Below are positions 53,875 to 62,902 of a DNA stretch of 64,000 nt, piece after piece. The position numbers and the translations under genes were made by a program. A model generated the notes under the pieces. It searched no databases. It had not been told where the DNA came from and was given only the letters and a program-made list of their open reading frames with translations. Source of the DNA: Collinsella sp. (lineage in GTDB: Bacteria > Actinomycetota > Coriobacteriia > Coriobacteriales > Coriobacteriaceae); assembly GCA_019413925.1 (NCBI GenBank), contig DXMY01000031.1:5427-69426 (forward strand), given 5' to 3'. The first letter of the stretch is position 1; every line of letters begins with the position of its first letter.

Positions 53875-54873
53875 CTAGCGCGCCATGGCGTCGCGGCCAG
53901 CCTCGGCCCGCTTGCGCTGGGCGGCGCGCTCCTTGCCGGTCAGGCGCTCAAAGAGGTGTCCGATAATTGAGGCCAACACCTGCTGAAACAGCGTGCCGCA
54001 CATGACGGGGAATACCACTTCGCCGGGAAAATACTGCGTGGCGATGACGGCACCCGAAGAGATGTTGCGCATGCCGCAGGTAAAGCACATGGTGGTCGTC
54101 TCGCTATACGGCAGGTGCAGGGCCCGGGCGATCAGGACGCCGATGATAAAGCCGCTGATGGCGAACACCAGGATAAAGAGCGCGACTTCTAAGCGCTCAA
54201 CATTCATGTGTAGCACGTACTCGCTCATAGCGGTGGAGTTGGACGCGATGACGCCCATCATCATGAACTTGCAGGCGGGCGAGAGCGCGGGGGAGAGTTT
54301 CTCGTGGCCCCAGCCGCGCGTGAGTTCATTGATGACAATACCGAGCACAGCGGGGATGGCGATCATAAAGGCCATGTTCTGCATCATGTTCGGCACGTCG
54401 ATTGCAACGGTGGCACCCAGCAGGAGCTTAAGCGTGAGCGGAATCGTGACGGGCGAGATGACCGAGGACGTCAGGATGATGGTGAGCGCGAGCGGGCCGT
54501 TGCCGCCGAACATGCTAATCCACATAAAGGCGGTGACTGCCACGGGTACGCTGTACTCGAGCACGATGCCGCAGACAAGGTTTGGGTTGGAGCCAAAGAA
54601 CAACGATCCTGCGGCATAGGCTGCAAGGGGGATGAGTGCCGCCGAGACGAGCAATGCCGCAATCAGATGCAGCGGACGGCGGAACACCTCAGTAACCTGA
54701 TGGAAAGTGTTGCTGAGCGCGCCTTGGAATGTCATAAAGGCAAACAGGGCGGGAACGATGGGCTTGAGTACGCCAATCTGTTGGGGAAAGAGCACGCCGA
54801 GTGCCACGCAAATCGGAACGATGACCTGCATGTGCCCCGCGAGAAACTTGCCCAGTCCAACCCATTGCTTCAT
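53875..54873 (-). CDS. Bile acid:sodium symporter (BASS) family transporter
   Basis: About 10 TM segments with BASS-like blocks (FMTFQGAL, GMRNISSGAVIA). Confidence 0.8.
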   Translation of the reverse strand: MKQWVGLGKFLAGHMQVIVPICVALGVLFPQQIGVLKPIVPALFAFMTFQGALSNTFHQVTEVFRRPLHLIAALLVSAALIPLAAYAAGSLFFGSNPNLVCGIVLEYSVPVAVTAFMWISMFGGNGPLALTIILTSSVISPVTIPLTLKLLLGATVAIDVPNMMQNMAFMIAIPAVLGIVINELTRGWGHEKLSPALSPACKFMMMGVIASNSTAMSEYVLHMNVERLEVALFILVFAISGFIIGVLIARALHLPYSETTTMCFTCGMRNISSGAVIATQYFPGEVVFPVMCGTLFQQVLASIIGHLFERLTGKERAAQRKRAEAGRDAMAR

Positions 54874-55150
54874 ATGCGCTTGTGACTCCCTTTGCCCGTG
54901 AACCCGTTTTTGAATGGATATGCTAGACGCTCGCATGCGTCCGTGCGTCAGAAACGCTCGAATATTTCGAGGCTATTACCGGCATCGTTTACCGAAACCG
55001 CGGCGTGCTGCGGCGATTTGCGTCTGCTCTGCACGGTATAATAAATCCGTTCAACAGATCTGCCTGCCGAAGCGGGCATACACAGAGGACTCATCGCTAT
55101 GAACCGTGAGAGGTATCGCGGCGACCTGCCCCTATCGGGGGTGGGCGCCT

Positions 55151-58100
55151 ATGTCATCGCTTAAGACGACGCATCGCTGGGCGGTCGCTCAGCAAAACCC
55201 CGAGCTCGAAAAGGAGCTTTCGGCTGGCCTGGGCATTACCGGGCTGGTGGCGCGTATTATGGTTGCGCACGGCATTACATCCATCGAAGAAGGTCAGCTG
55301 TTTTTGACGCCTTCGCTCGATCGCGACTGGGCCGACCCACTCATTATCCCGGGCATGTCGGTCGTTGCCGACCGCGTCGAGCGTGCTATTTGCAACCACG
55401 AGCACATTGCGGTCTTTGGCGATTTTGACGTTGACGGTATTACGTCGACCTGTCTGTTGACCGAGGCACTACGCACGTTTGGCGCCGATGTCACGCCGTT
55501 TATTCCGCATCGCTTTGACGAGGGTTACGGTCTTTCGCGCGCGGCGCTCGACCGCGTTAACGAGCTCGCTCGCCCCCAGCTGATCGTGACCGTCGATAAC
55601 GGCATTGCCGCCAAGGAAGAGGTTTCCTATCTGGAGAGCCTGGGGATCGATTTGGTGGTCACGGACCATCACGAGCCCTCCGACCAGGTGCCGCAGGGTG
55701 TGCCCCTGACCGACCCCAAGCTCGAGGATGAGGGGCCCTCGCGTGAACTTGCCGGTGCTGGTGTGGCGCTCAAGCTGGTGCAAGTCCTGGGTGAGCGCCT
55801 GGGCAAGCCGTCGTATTGGCGTTCGCTAATCGAGGTCGCGGCGCTGGGCACCGTGTCCGACATGATGCCGCTCACGCCCGAGAACCGCGCGTTGGTCGCC
55901 GAGGGCATCCAGCAGATGCGCGTGACGGCTCGTCCCGGCTACATCGCGCTGGCAGCGCTCGCCAAGGCCGACCTCTCTAGCATTACGGCCGATGGCCTGT
56001 CGTTTTCGCTCATTCCCCGCTTGAACGCCGCCGGTCGCATGGCCGATCCCAAGCTGGCGCTCGACCTGCTGCTTGCCCGCGATCCTATCGAGGCAAGCGC
56101 GCTGGCGGCCGAGCTCGAGGAGATCAACCGTCAGCGCCGCGAGATCGAAGCGGAGCTCACACGCGACGCCATGGCAAAGGTCGAGGAGACTTATGATGGC
56201 GGTCGCGCAATCGTCGTGGGTGGCGAGGGCTGGCACGAGGGCGTCAAGGGTATCGTAGCGAGCCGTCTGACCAACCGTTATCACGTGCCGGCGCTGCTCT
56301 TTTCGATCGAGGACGGCGTTGCACGCGGATCGGGCCGCTCGGTGGGCAAGGTCAACCTGTTCGATGCCGTAGAGCGCTGCTCGGATCTGCTGATTCGCCG
56401 CGGCGGGCATGCGGGTGCGGTGGGCGTGACCATCGAGGCGTCCAAGCTCGACGAGTTCCGTCGTCGCCTTTCGGCCGTGCTATCGGAGCTTCCCGCCGAT
56501 GACTTTGAGGACACTGACGAGGTTGCCGCCACCGTTGACCTCTCCGAGCTAAATATCGAGACTATCGAGCAGATTTCTCGTCTTGAGCCGTTTGGCCAGG
56601 GCAATAAGGTGCCGCTGTTGGCGGCCGAGGGCGTGACGATGTGCGATCGCGCCGTGGTGGGCAAAACCGGCGAGCACATGCGCTTTGTGGCGACTGATGG
56701 CGCCGCGAGTGTGCCGGCCATCATGTTCCGCGTGCCGCAGATCGATAGGCTCATCAATTGCGACAGCGCCGTCGACTTGGTATTCGAGGCCGTGGCCGAG
56801 CATTGGCAGGGACGCGTGAAGCCCAAGCTCATGATCAAGGATGTCTTGGTGCGTGATACCACGGCGCCCAATATCGACGATCCGGCGTGCGAGCTTCGTC
56901 GCGGCGTGCAACCGGCGGACTTAGGCCCGCGCCTGGAGTCGCGTAAACGCGAGACGCTCGCCCAGCTTTCTTATACCGAGCTCACGCGCTCGCTTATCCA
57001 TAGCTTTATCGGCTCGAACCAGCCACATCGCGCGCAGGTCGAGGCACTCGACGCGCTCGCCGACCACCAGAGCGTTTTGGCCGTTATGGGGACGGGACGT
57101 GGTAAGTCTCTGATTTTCCACGTGCACGCCGCACGCGAGGCGGTCCTTCGCGGTCGCGCGAGCATCTTTGTCTATCCGCTGCGCGCGCTCGTTGCCGACC
57201 AGGCCTATCATCTTTCATCGACGATGGCTGCGCTCGGCATTGGCGTGGGCGTGTTGACCGGCGAGACCGTGGAGGCAGCGCGCGATGACGTGTTTGCCGG
57301 CCTGGCTTCGGGCCGCACCGGCATCGTTCTCACGACGCCGGAGTTCCTGTCTATCCATCGCGATCGCTTTGCACGTTCTGGACGTATTGGCTTTGTCGTT
57401 ATCGATGAGGCACACCATGCCGGTCTTGCCAAAGGCGGCGACCGGAGCGCCTACCTCGACATGCCCGATATTCTCAAAGCCCTGGGCGACCCCGTTGTCA
57501 TGGCGGCAACGGCTACCGCGACGGCCCCGGTCGTGGCGGAGCTTGCTCGTGTATTGCCGATTACCAGGACGGTGGTCGACGAGACCGTTCGCGAGAACCT
57601 GCAACTCGAGGACGACCGTGACCTTGCGAGCCGCGAAAATCGCCTGGTGTCAATCGTGGCGACGGGGGAGAAGACCGTCATCTACGTCAACTCGCGCGAC
57701 CAGTCCGTGGCGCTTGCCAAGACGTTGCGCAAACGCGTGCCCGACTGCGCGACCCATATTGCGTTCTATAACGCCGGGCTTGCGCGCTCCGATCGCCGCC
57801 GTGTCGAGGAAGCGTTTCGCGACGGAAGCCTCAGTTGCATCGTTTCGACCTCTGCCTTCGGTGAGGGCGTCAACCTGCCCGATATCCGTCATGTCGTGCT
57901 CTACCACATGCCGTTTGGTGCGATTGAGTTTAACCAGATGAGTGGCCGTGCCGGCCGCGATGGACAGCCCGCCGTGATTCACCTGCTCTATTCGTCGCGT
58001 GACGCTCGTATTAATGAGCGCCTGCTCGATTGTTACGCGCCCGAGCGCGATGAGCTTGTCACTCTCTATCGAGCGCTGCAGACCATGTGGCGCTCCAACC

Positions 58101-58438
58101 GTGGCAAGACGGGGGGCGATTCATTCTGCGCGAGCGATATCGACATTGCGCAGATGTGTCTTGCCATCGATGCCCGCACGCCGGTCGACGAGCGCTCGGT
58201 GGAAAGCGGCCTGGGAATCTTCGAAGAACTCGGTTTCTGCCGCGTTTCGGGGTTTGACGATACGCGTCGCATCGCGATGGCGGAAAACCCCGGTCGCGTG
58301 CAATTAAGCAGGTCAATTCGCTATTTGGAGGGCTTGCGCTCGCGCATGGAGTTCACGGCTTTTCGGAGCTGGGCACTCGATTCGTGCGCTTCTGATATGC
58401 TAGCCAAAGTTAACCGCCCGATCGTACCGCGGGCCTAG
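55151..58438 (+). CDS. recJ: RecJ single-strand exonuclease fused to a RecQ-like SF2 helicase
   Basis: RecJ motifs are FGDFDVDGITS, VTVDNGI, VVTDHHEP and GGHAGAVG. After about residue 690 (numbering of the 1110-aa track ORF that starts at 55106) come MGTGRGKSLIF (I), VVIDEAHH (II), AATATAT (III), FGEGVNLPDIRHVV (V) and QMSGRAGRDGQPA (VI). It is one uninterrupted ORF. Confidence 0.85.
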   Translation: MSSLKTTHRWAVAQQNPELEKELSAGLGITGLVARIMVAHGITSIEEGQLFLTPSLDRDWADPLIIPGMSVVADRVERAICNHEHIAVFGDFDVDGITSTCLLTEALRTFGADVTPFIPHRFDEGYGLSRAALDRVNELARPQLIVTVDNGIAAKEEVSYLESLGIDLVVTDHHEPSDQVPQGVPLTDPKLEDEGPSRELAGAGVALKLVQVLGERLGKPSYWRSLIEVAALGTVSDMMPLTPENRALVAEGIQQMRVTARPGYIALAALAKADLSSITADGLSFSLIPRLNAAGRMADPKLALDLLLARDPIEASALAAELEEINRQRREIEAELTRDAMAKVEETYDGGRAIVVGGEGWHEGVKGIVASRLTNRYHVPALLFSIEDGVARGSGRSVGKVNLFDAVERCSDLLIRRGGHAGAVGVTIEASKLDEFRRRLSAVLSELPADDFEDTDEVAATVDLSELNIETIEQISRLEPFGQGNKVPLLAAEGVTMCDRAVVGKTGEHMRFVATDGAASVPAIMFRVPQIDRLINCDSAVDLVFEAVAEHWQGRVKPKLMIKDVLVRDTTAPNIDDPACELRRGVQPADLGPRLESRKRETLAQLSYTELTRSLIHSFIGSNQPHRAQVEALDALADHQSVLAVMGTGRGKSLIFHVHAAREAVLRGRASIFVYPLRALVADQAYHLSSTMAALGIGVGVLTGETVEAARDDVFAGLASGRTGIVLTTPEFLSIHRDRFARSGRIGFVVIDEAHHAGLAKGGDRSAYLDMPDILKALGDPVVMAATATATAPVVAELARVLPITRTVVDETVRENLQLEDDRDLASRENRLVSIVATGEKTVIYVNSRDQSVALAKTLRKRVPDCATHIAFYNAGLARSDRRRVEEAFRDGSLSCIVSTSAFGEGVNLPDIRHVVLYHMPFGAIEFNQMSGRAGRDGQPAVIHLLYSSRDARINERLLDCYAPERDELVTLYRALQTMWRSNRGKTGGDSFCASDIDIAQMCLAIDARTPVDERSVESGLGIFEELGFCRVSGFDDTRRIAMAENPGRVQLSRSIRYLEGLRSRMEFTAFRSWALDSCASDMLAKVNRPIVPRA

Positions 58439-58453
58439 GGGAAGGGGACCTCG

Positions 58454-60814
58454 ATGGACGCCGCAGCCCGTACCGCCCATGATTCCACCCTCCAGCCGTT
58501 TTCGGAGATGGAGCACTATAAACATGCCGATGAGCTGCCGCCCGAGATTATGGCGGACAGCTACGACAAGCTGGAGCGTCTGTGCCTAAAATATATGAAC
58601 GAGGACGACTTCTCCAATGTGGAGCAGGCCTACTGCTTTGCTGCCGAGAAGCACTGCAACCAAAAGCGGCGCTCGGGTGAGATGTACATTAACCATCCCG
58701 TCGAGGTAGCTATCATTCTGGCTGACCTCAAGATGGACTGCGATGTGGTGTGCGCCGCGTTGCTGCACGATACCGTCGAGGACACCGAGACCTCGCTTGC
58801 CGATGTTTCGGGTCTGTTTGGCGAAACCGTGGCAGGGCTCGTCGACGGCGTGACCAAGCTCACCAACATTGAAGTCGACAGCATGGACGAGAAGCAGGCG
58901 CTTACGCTGCGCAAGATGTTCCTCGCCATGTCCAAGGACATCCGCGTCATCATCGTCAAGCTCGCCGACCGCCTGCATAACATGCGCACGCTTGCCGCTC
59001 TGCGCGAGGACCGCCGCCTGTTTAAGGCACGCGAGACCATGGACGTGTACGCGCCTTTGGCCGACCGCCTGGGCATGAGTTCAATCAAGTGGGAGCTCGA
59101 GGACCTGTCCTTTTTCTACTTGGAGCCCGATGCCTACCAGCGCATCGCGCGCATGGTATCCGAGTCGCGCGAGGTTCGCGAGCGTTATCTGGCCGAGACC
59201 ATCAAGACGCTCACCGATGAGCTCAATCGCATTGGTCTTGAGGGCTTTCAGATCAACGGTCGTTCCAAGCACTATTGGTCCATCTATCAAAAGATGAAGC
59301 GCAAGGGCAAGGAGTTCTCCGAGATTTACGACCTGGTGGCGCTGCGCGTCATCACTCATTCGGTGCGCGATTGCTATTCCACGCTTGGTGCCGTGCATAC
59401 CCTGTGGCATCCCATGCCCGGTCGTTTTAAAGACTATATCGCCATGCCCAAGGTCAATAACTACCAATCGCTTCACACGACGGTTATCGGCCCCACGGCC
59501 CGTCCGCTCGAGATTCAGATTCGAACCTACGAAATGCACGAGCAGGCCGAGTATGGCATCGCTGCCCACTGGCTGTATAAGAAGTCGGGCGGATCGTCTG
59601 CCTCCAAGACTAACGATGCGCAGCGTCTGGACGACCAGATCAACTGGCTCAAGCACTCACTCGACTGGGCGGCGTCTGACGAGATCACCGATGCCAAGGA
59701 ATACCTGCATTCGCTGAAGGTCGACTTGTTCGACCAGGAAATTTTTGTCTTTACGCCCAAGGGCGAGGTCATGGCGCTTCGTGCCGGCTCTACACCGCTC
59801 GACTTTGCCTACGCCGTTCATACCGAGGTCGGTAACCACTGTGTCGGCGCCAAAATCAACGGTGCGGTGGCGCCGCTCACGCACGAGATCAAGACGGGTG
59901 ACCGTGTCGAGATTCTGACTAACAAGAGCTCTAAGCCGTCGCGCGATTGGCTCAAGATCGTCAAGACACCTTCGGCCAAGTCAAAGATTCGCCGTTATTT
60001 CACCGCCGCGACCAAGGATGACGACGCTGCCGCCGGCCGCGATATACTGGCCAAGGACCTGCGTAAGCGCGGGTATGGCATCTCTACGCCACGATCCACG
60101 CGTGCGCTCAACGCCGTGGCGGAGCAGTTTAACTTCAAGCAGCTCGAGGACCTTTTTGCAGCCGTTGGCGCGGGCAAGGTCGCCCCGCGCGCTGTGGGCA
60201 ATAAGGTCGAGCAAATCTTGGACCCCAAGCCCGAGGAACAGCTCACCAAGGCCGAGGCTATCGCCGAGGTCGTAAAGCAGCCCGCTCGCGGCTCCAACCG
60301 CAAGCCGCAAAAGCGCGGTAAGAGCGCCAGTAACGGCATTATCGTCAAGGGCGAGAGCAACAGCGGCCTGCTGGTCCGTCTGGCTCATTGCTGCAACCCC
60401 GTGACGGGCGACGACATCGTCGGCTTCATCACGCGCGGTCGTGGCGTTTCGGTGCATCGCGCCAACTGCCCCAACGTCAAGGGCCTTATGGAACATCCCG
60501 AGCGCATGATTGACGTAGAGTGGGATGGTGCTGCCGATACGCTTTTCCAGGTCGAGATTGTGGTCGAGTGCCTGGACCGCATGGGCCTGCTCAAGGACGT
60601 CACCATCGCCATTGGCGATGCAGGCGGCAATATTCTTTCCGCCGCCACGTCGACCAACCGCGAGGGTATTGCAACCTTGCGCTTTATGGTCGAGATCTCG
60701 GACGCGAGTGGTCTGGATCCGCTGCTGGCCTCTATCAGCAGCGTCGACTCGGTCTACGACGCGCGCCGCCTGATGCCCGGCGAGGGTGGAGCCCAGCTTA
60801 AGCGCCGCGTTTAG
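58454..60814 (+). CDS. relA: Bifunctional (p)ppGpp synthetase/hydrolase Rel (RSH long form)
   Basis: HD hydrolase HDTVEDT, synthetase blocks (YQSLHTTV, EIQIRT), TGS and ACT-like C-terminus. Confidence 0.95.
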   Translation: MDAAARTAHDSTLQPFSEMEHYKHADELPPEIMADSYDKLERLCLKYMNEDDFSNVEQAYCFAAEKHCNQKRRSGEMYINHPVEVAIILADLKMDCDVVCAALLHDTVEDTETSLADVSGLFGETVAGLVDGVTKLTNIEVDSMDEKQALTLRKMFLAMSKDIRVIIVKLADRLHNMRTLAALREDRRLFKARETMDVYAPLADRLGMSSIKWELEDLSFFYLEPDAYQRIARMVSESREVRERYLAETIKTLTDELNRIGLEGFQINGRSKHYWSIYQKMKRKGKEFSEIYDLVALRVITHSVRDCYSTLGAVHTLWHPMPGRFKDYIAMPKVNNYQSLHTTVIGPTARPLEIQIRTYEMHEQAEYGIAAHWLYKKSGGSSASKTNDAQRLDDQINWLKHSLDWAASDEITDAKEYLHSLKVDLFDQEIFVFTPKGEVMALRAGSTPLDFAYAVHTEVGNHCVGAKINGAVAPLTHEIKTGDRVEILTNKSSKPSRDWLKIVKTPSAKSKIRRYFTAATKDDDAAAGRDILAKDLRKRGYGISTPRSTRALNAVAEQFNFKQLEDLFAAVGAGKVAPRAVGNKVEQILDPKPEEQLTKAEAIAEVVKQPARGSNRKPQKRGKSASNGIIVKGESNSGLLVRLAHCCNPVTGDDIVGFITRGRGVSVHRANCPNVKGLMEHPERMIDVEWDGAADTLFQVEIVVECLDRMGLLKDVTIAIGDAGGNILSAATSTNREGIATLRFMVEISDASGLDPLLASISSVDSVYDARRLMPGEGGAQLKRRV

Positions 60815-60851
60815 TCGCGACGAACGTGTCACATTATCGATATTCGCTACA

Positions 60852-60883
60852 CTCGAGGCATCGTTTGATGCCTCGAGTTCTAT
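60852..60883 (+). terminator. Terminator after rel
   Basis: Perfect 10-bp stem CTCGAGGCAT / ATGCCTCGAG followed by TTCTAT. Confidence 0.5.
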
Positions 60884-60898
60884 AGAGAGGAGAGGGAC

Positions 60899-61582
60899 AT
60901 GAGTGCTGTGTCCTTGGATTTAACTCCCAAGGGATCGGTCGAGATTGAGACGCTCGTAAACGGTCCCATTCAGACCAATAGCTATGCTGTTATTTCGGAC
61001 AATGAGTGCGTGATTATCGACCCCGCATGGGAAGGCGAGCGTTTGGTGGAGCATATTCGAGCCGAACATGCCGGTGTACGCGTGCTTGGCGCCGTATGCA
61101 CTCATGGCCATGCCGATCATGTTGGTGGTGTTGCCGGCGTGCGAACCACCGTTGGCGAGGGCTGCCAGTATGAGCTGTGTGCCAAGGATGTGGCGGTGCC
61201 GCATGCGAACATCGAGGAACAGCGAGCTATGTGGGGCATTGAGACGCCTGACCCCGGGGAGCCGACGCGCCTGCTCGCCGAAGGCGATGCTATCGAGGTG
61301 GGCGATATCTGCCTGCAGGTGATCGAGACGCCAGGGCATACGCCGGGCGGGATCGTCTTGTTTGCTGCCACCGAGCAGGGGAACATTGCCTTTGTGGGCG
61401 ACACACTATTCCCGGGCAGCCACGGCCGCACCGATCTTTCTGGAGGAGACGAGGCGGCGATTCTGCGCTCGCTCTCCAAGCTCGCCCGGCTTCTCCCGCC
61501 CGATACCGTTTGCCTAACCGGCCATGGCGATTCGACCACCATGGCACGCGAGCTCATGCAGAACCCTTTCATGCAGGTGTAG
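60899..61582 (+). CDS. MBL-fold metallo-hydrolase (glyoxalase II-like)
   Basis: CTHGHADHVGG metal motif, later TPGHTPG and a D...H. Confidence 0.85.
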   Translation: MSAVSLDLTPKGSVEIETLVNGPIQTNSYAVISDNECVIIDPAWEGERLVEHIRAEHAGVRVLGAVCTHGHADHVGGVAGVRTTVGEGCQYELCAKDVAVPHANIEEQRAMWGIETPDPGEPTRLLAEGDAIEVGDICLQVIETPGHTPGGIVLFAATEQGNIAFVGDTLFPGSHGRTDLSGGDEAAILRSLSKLARLLPPDTVCLTGHGDSTTMARELMQNPFMQV

Positions 61583-61777
61583 CTTTATAGTCAGCTCCTG
61601 AAGCACGAGAAGCGTCCAAACGTCAAGCTATTTTTCCCCAACGGGTCGATTCCGTAGGGCAAACGGTCAAAAAAAGTCTGTTTGGACGATATTCGTGAAC
61701 AAACGAACGTTTATGCTCGGGTACGCCGTGGTAAAATCTCAGGCGTTATCGGAGCAACCTTACAGGAGGTTTCTTTT

Positions 61778-62644
61778 ATGCTCGTCAACGCAGCAGACAT
61801 GCTCAAGAAGGCCGAGGCCGGCAAGTACGCTCTCGGTGCCTTCAACACCAACAACCTCGAGTGGACCCTGGCTATTCTCCAGGCCGCCGAGGAGGCCAAG
61901 TCTCCGCTGATCCTTCAGTGCACCGCTGGTGCCGCTAAGTGGATGGGCGGTTTCAAGGTCTGCGCCGACATGGTCAAGGCTGCCGTCGAGGCCACGGGCG
62001 TTACCGTTCCCGTCGCCCTTCACCTCGATCACGGTTCTTACGAGGACTGCTTCAAGTGCATCGAGGCCGGCTTCACGTCCATCATGTATGACGGCTCTCA
62101 CGAGGAGACCTTCCAGCTTAACCTCGACCGCACCAAGGAGCTCGTTGAGCTTGCCCACTCCAAGGGCATGTCCATCGAGGCCGAGGTCGGCGGCATCGGC
62201 GGCACCGAGGACGGCGTGACCTCCAACGGCGAGCTCGCTGACCCTGCTGAGTGCAAGCAGATTGCTGACCTGGGCGTCGACTTCCTCGCCTGCGGCATCG
62301 GCAACATCCACGGCGTGTATCCCGCCGACTGGGCTGGCCTTTCCTTCGAGCGTCTGGGCGAGATCAAGGCTCAGACCGGCGACCTGCCCCTCGTTCTGCA
62401 CGGTGGTACCGGCATCCCCGAGGATCAGATCAAGAAGGCCATCTCCCTGGGCATCTCCAAGATCAACGTCAACACCGACCTGCAGCTCGTCTTCGCCAAG
62501 GGCGTCCGCGAGTACATCGAGGCTGGCAAGGATCAGCAGGGCAAGGGCTTTGATCCCCGCAAGCTCCTCAAGCCTGGTCGCGACAACATCGTTGCCCGCA
62601 CCAAGGAGCTCATGGAGGAGTTTGGCTCCGTCAACAAGGCGTAA
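61778..62644 (+). CDS. fba: Class II fructose-1,6-bisphosphate aldolase
   Basis: AGGAGG before the ATG at 61778. GAFNTNNLE, HLDHGS, GNIHG, LVLHGGTG. Confidence 0.95.
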   Translation: MLVNAADMLKKAEAGKYALGAFNTNNLEWTLAILQAAEEAKSPLILQCTAGAAKWMGGFKVCADMVKAAVEATGVTVPVALHLDHGSYEDCFKCIEAGFTSIMYDGSHEETFQLNLDRTKELVELAHSKGMSIEAEVGGIGGTEDGVTSNGELADPAECKQIADLGVDFLACGIGNIHGVYPADWAGLSFERLGEIKAQTGDLPLVLHGGTGIPEDQIKKAISLGISKINVNTDLQLVFAKGVREYIEAGKDQQGKGFDPRKLLKPGRDNIVARTKELMEEFGSVNKA

Positions 62645-62650
62645 GTAGCG

Positions 62651-62770
62651 GTTTAACTTTCCCGCCGGAGGCCCCGTTTCCCCTACGCTGTTTCCCTCGC
62701 GCTCACCTGGCTTCGCCAGAAGTCGCGCGACGGAATCAGCTCCGGGGAAACGGGGCCTCCTTCGTTTAAC
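62651..62770. repeat. MITE/REP-like palindromic element
   Basis: Perfect 17-bp terminal inverted repeat GGAGGCCCCGTTTCCCC (62667-62683) / GGGGAAACGGGGCCTCC (62744-62760). A 7-bp direct repeat GTTTAAC flanks it at 62651 and 62764. The core resembles words in the 42421-42592 repeat. Confidence 0.55.
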
Positions 62771-62902
62771 GCCGCAGGGTTACTGGGCTGAATTCATTTT
62801 TTATAGGCACCGTTTATCAGTGTTGGGGGCTCCTTAATTGGGGCTTTCTTTTTTATCTCGCTACAATGGGCTTCAAGCGTTCTAGTGACTTGGAGTTTTG
62901 GT

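Noticed and set aside
62660-62765. c-di-AMP (ydaO-type) riboswitch upstream of the transglutaminase-like gene
   Set aside because: The words GGAATC and CGGGGAAAC are reminiscent of it. However, the region is dominated by a perfect 17-bp terminal inverted repeat with flanking direct repeats, and it lacks the pseudo-two-fold multi-helix pattern. A REP/MITE-like interpretation is preferred. Only a covariance-model scan (Infernal/Rfam) could settle this.
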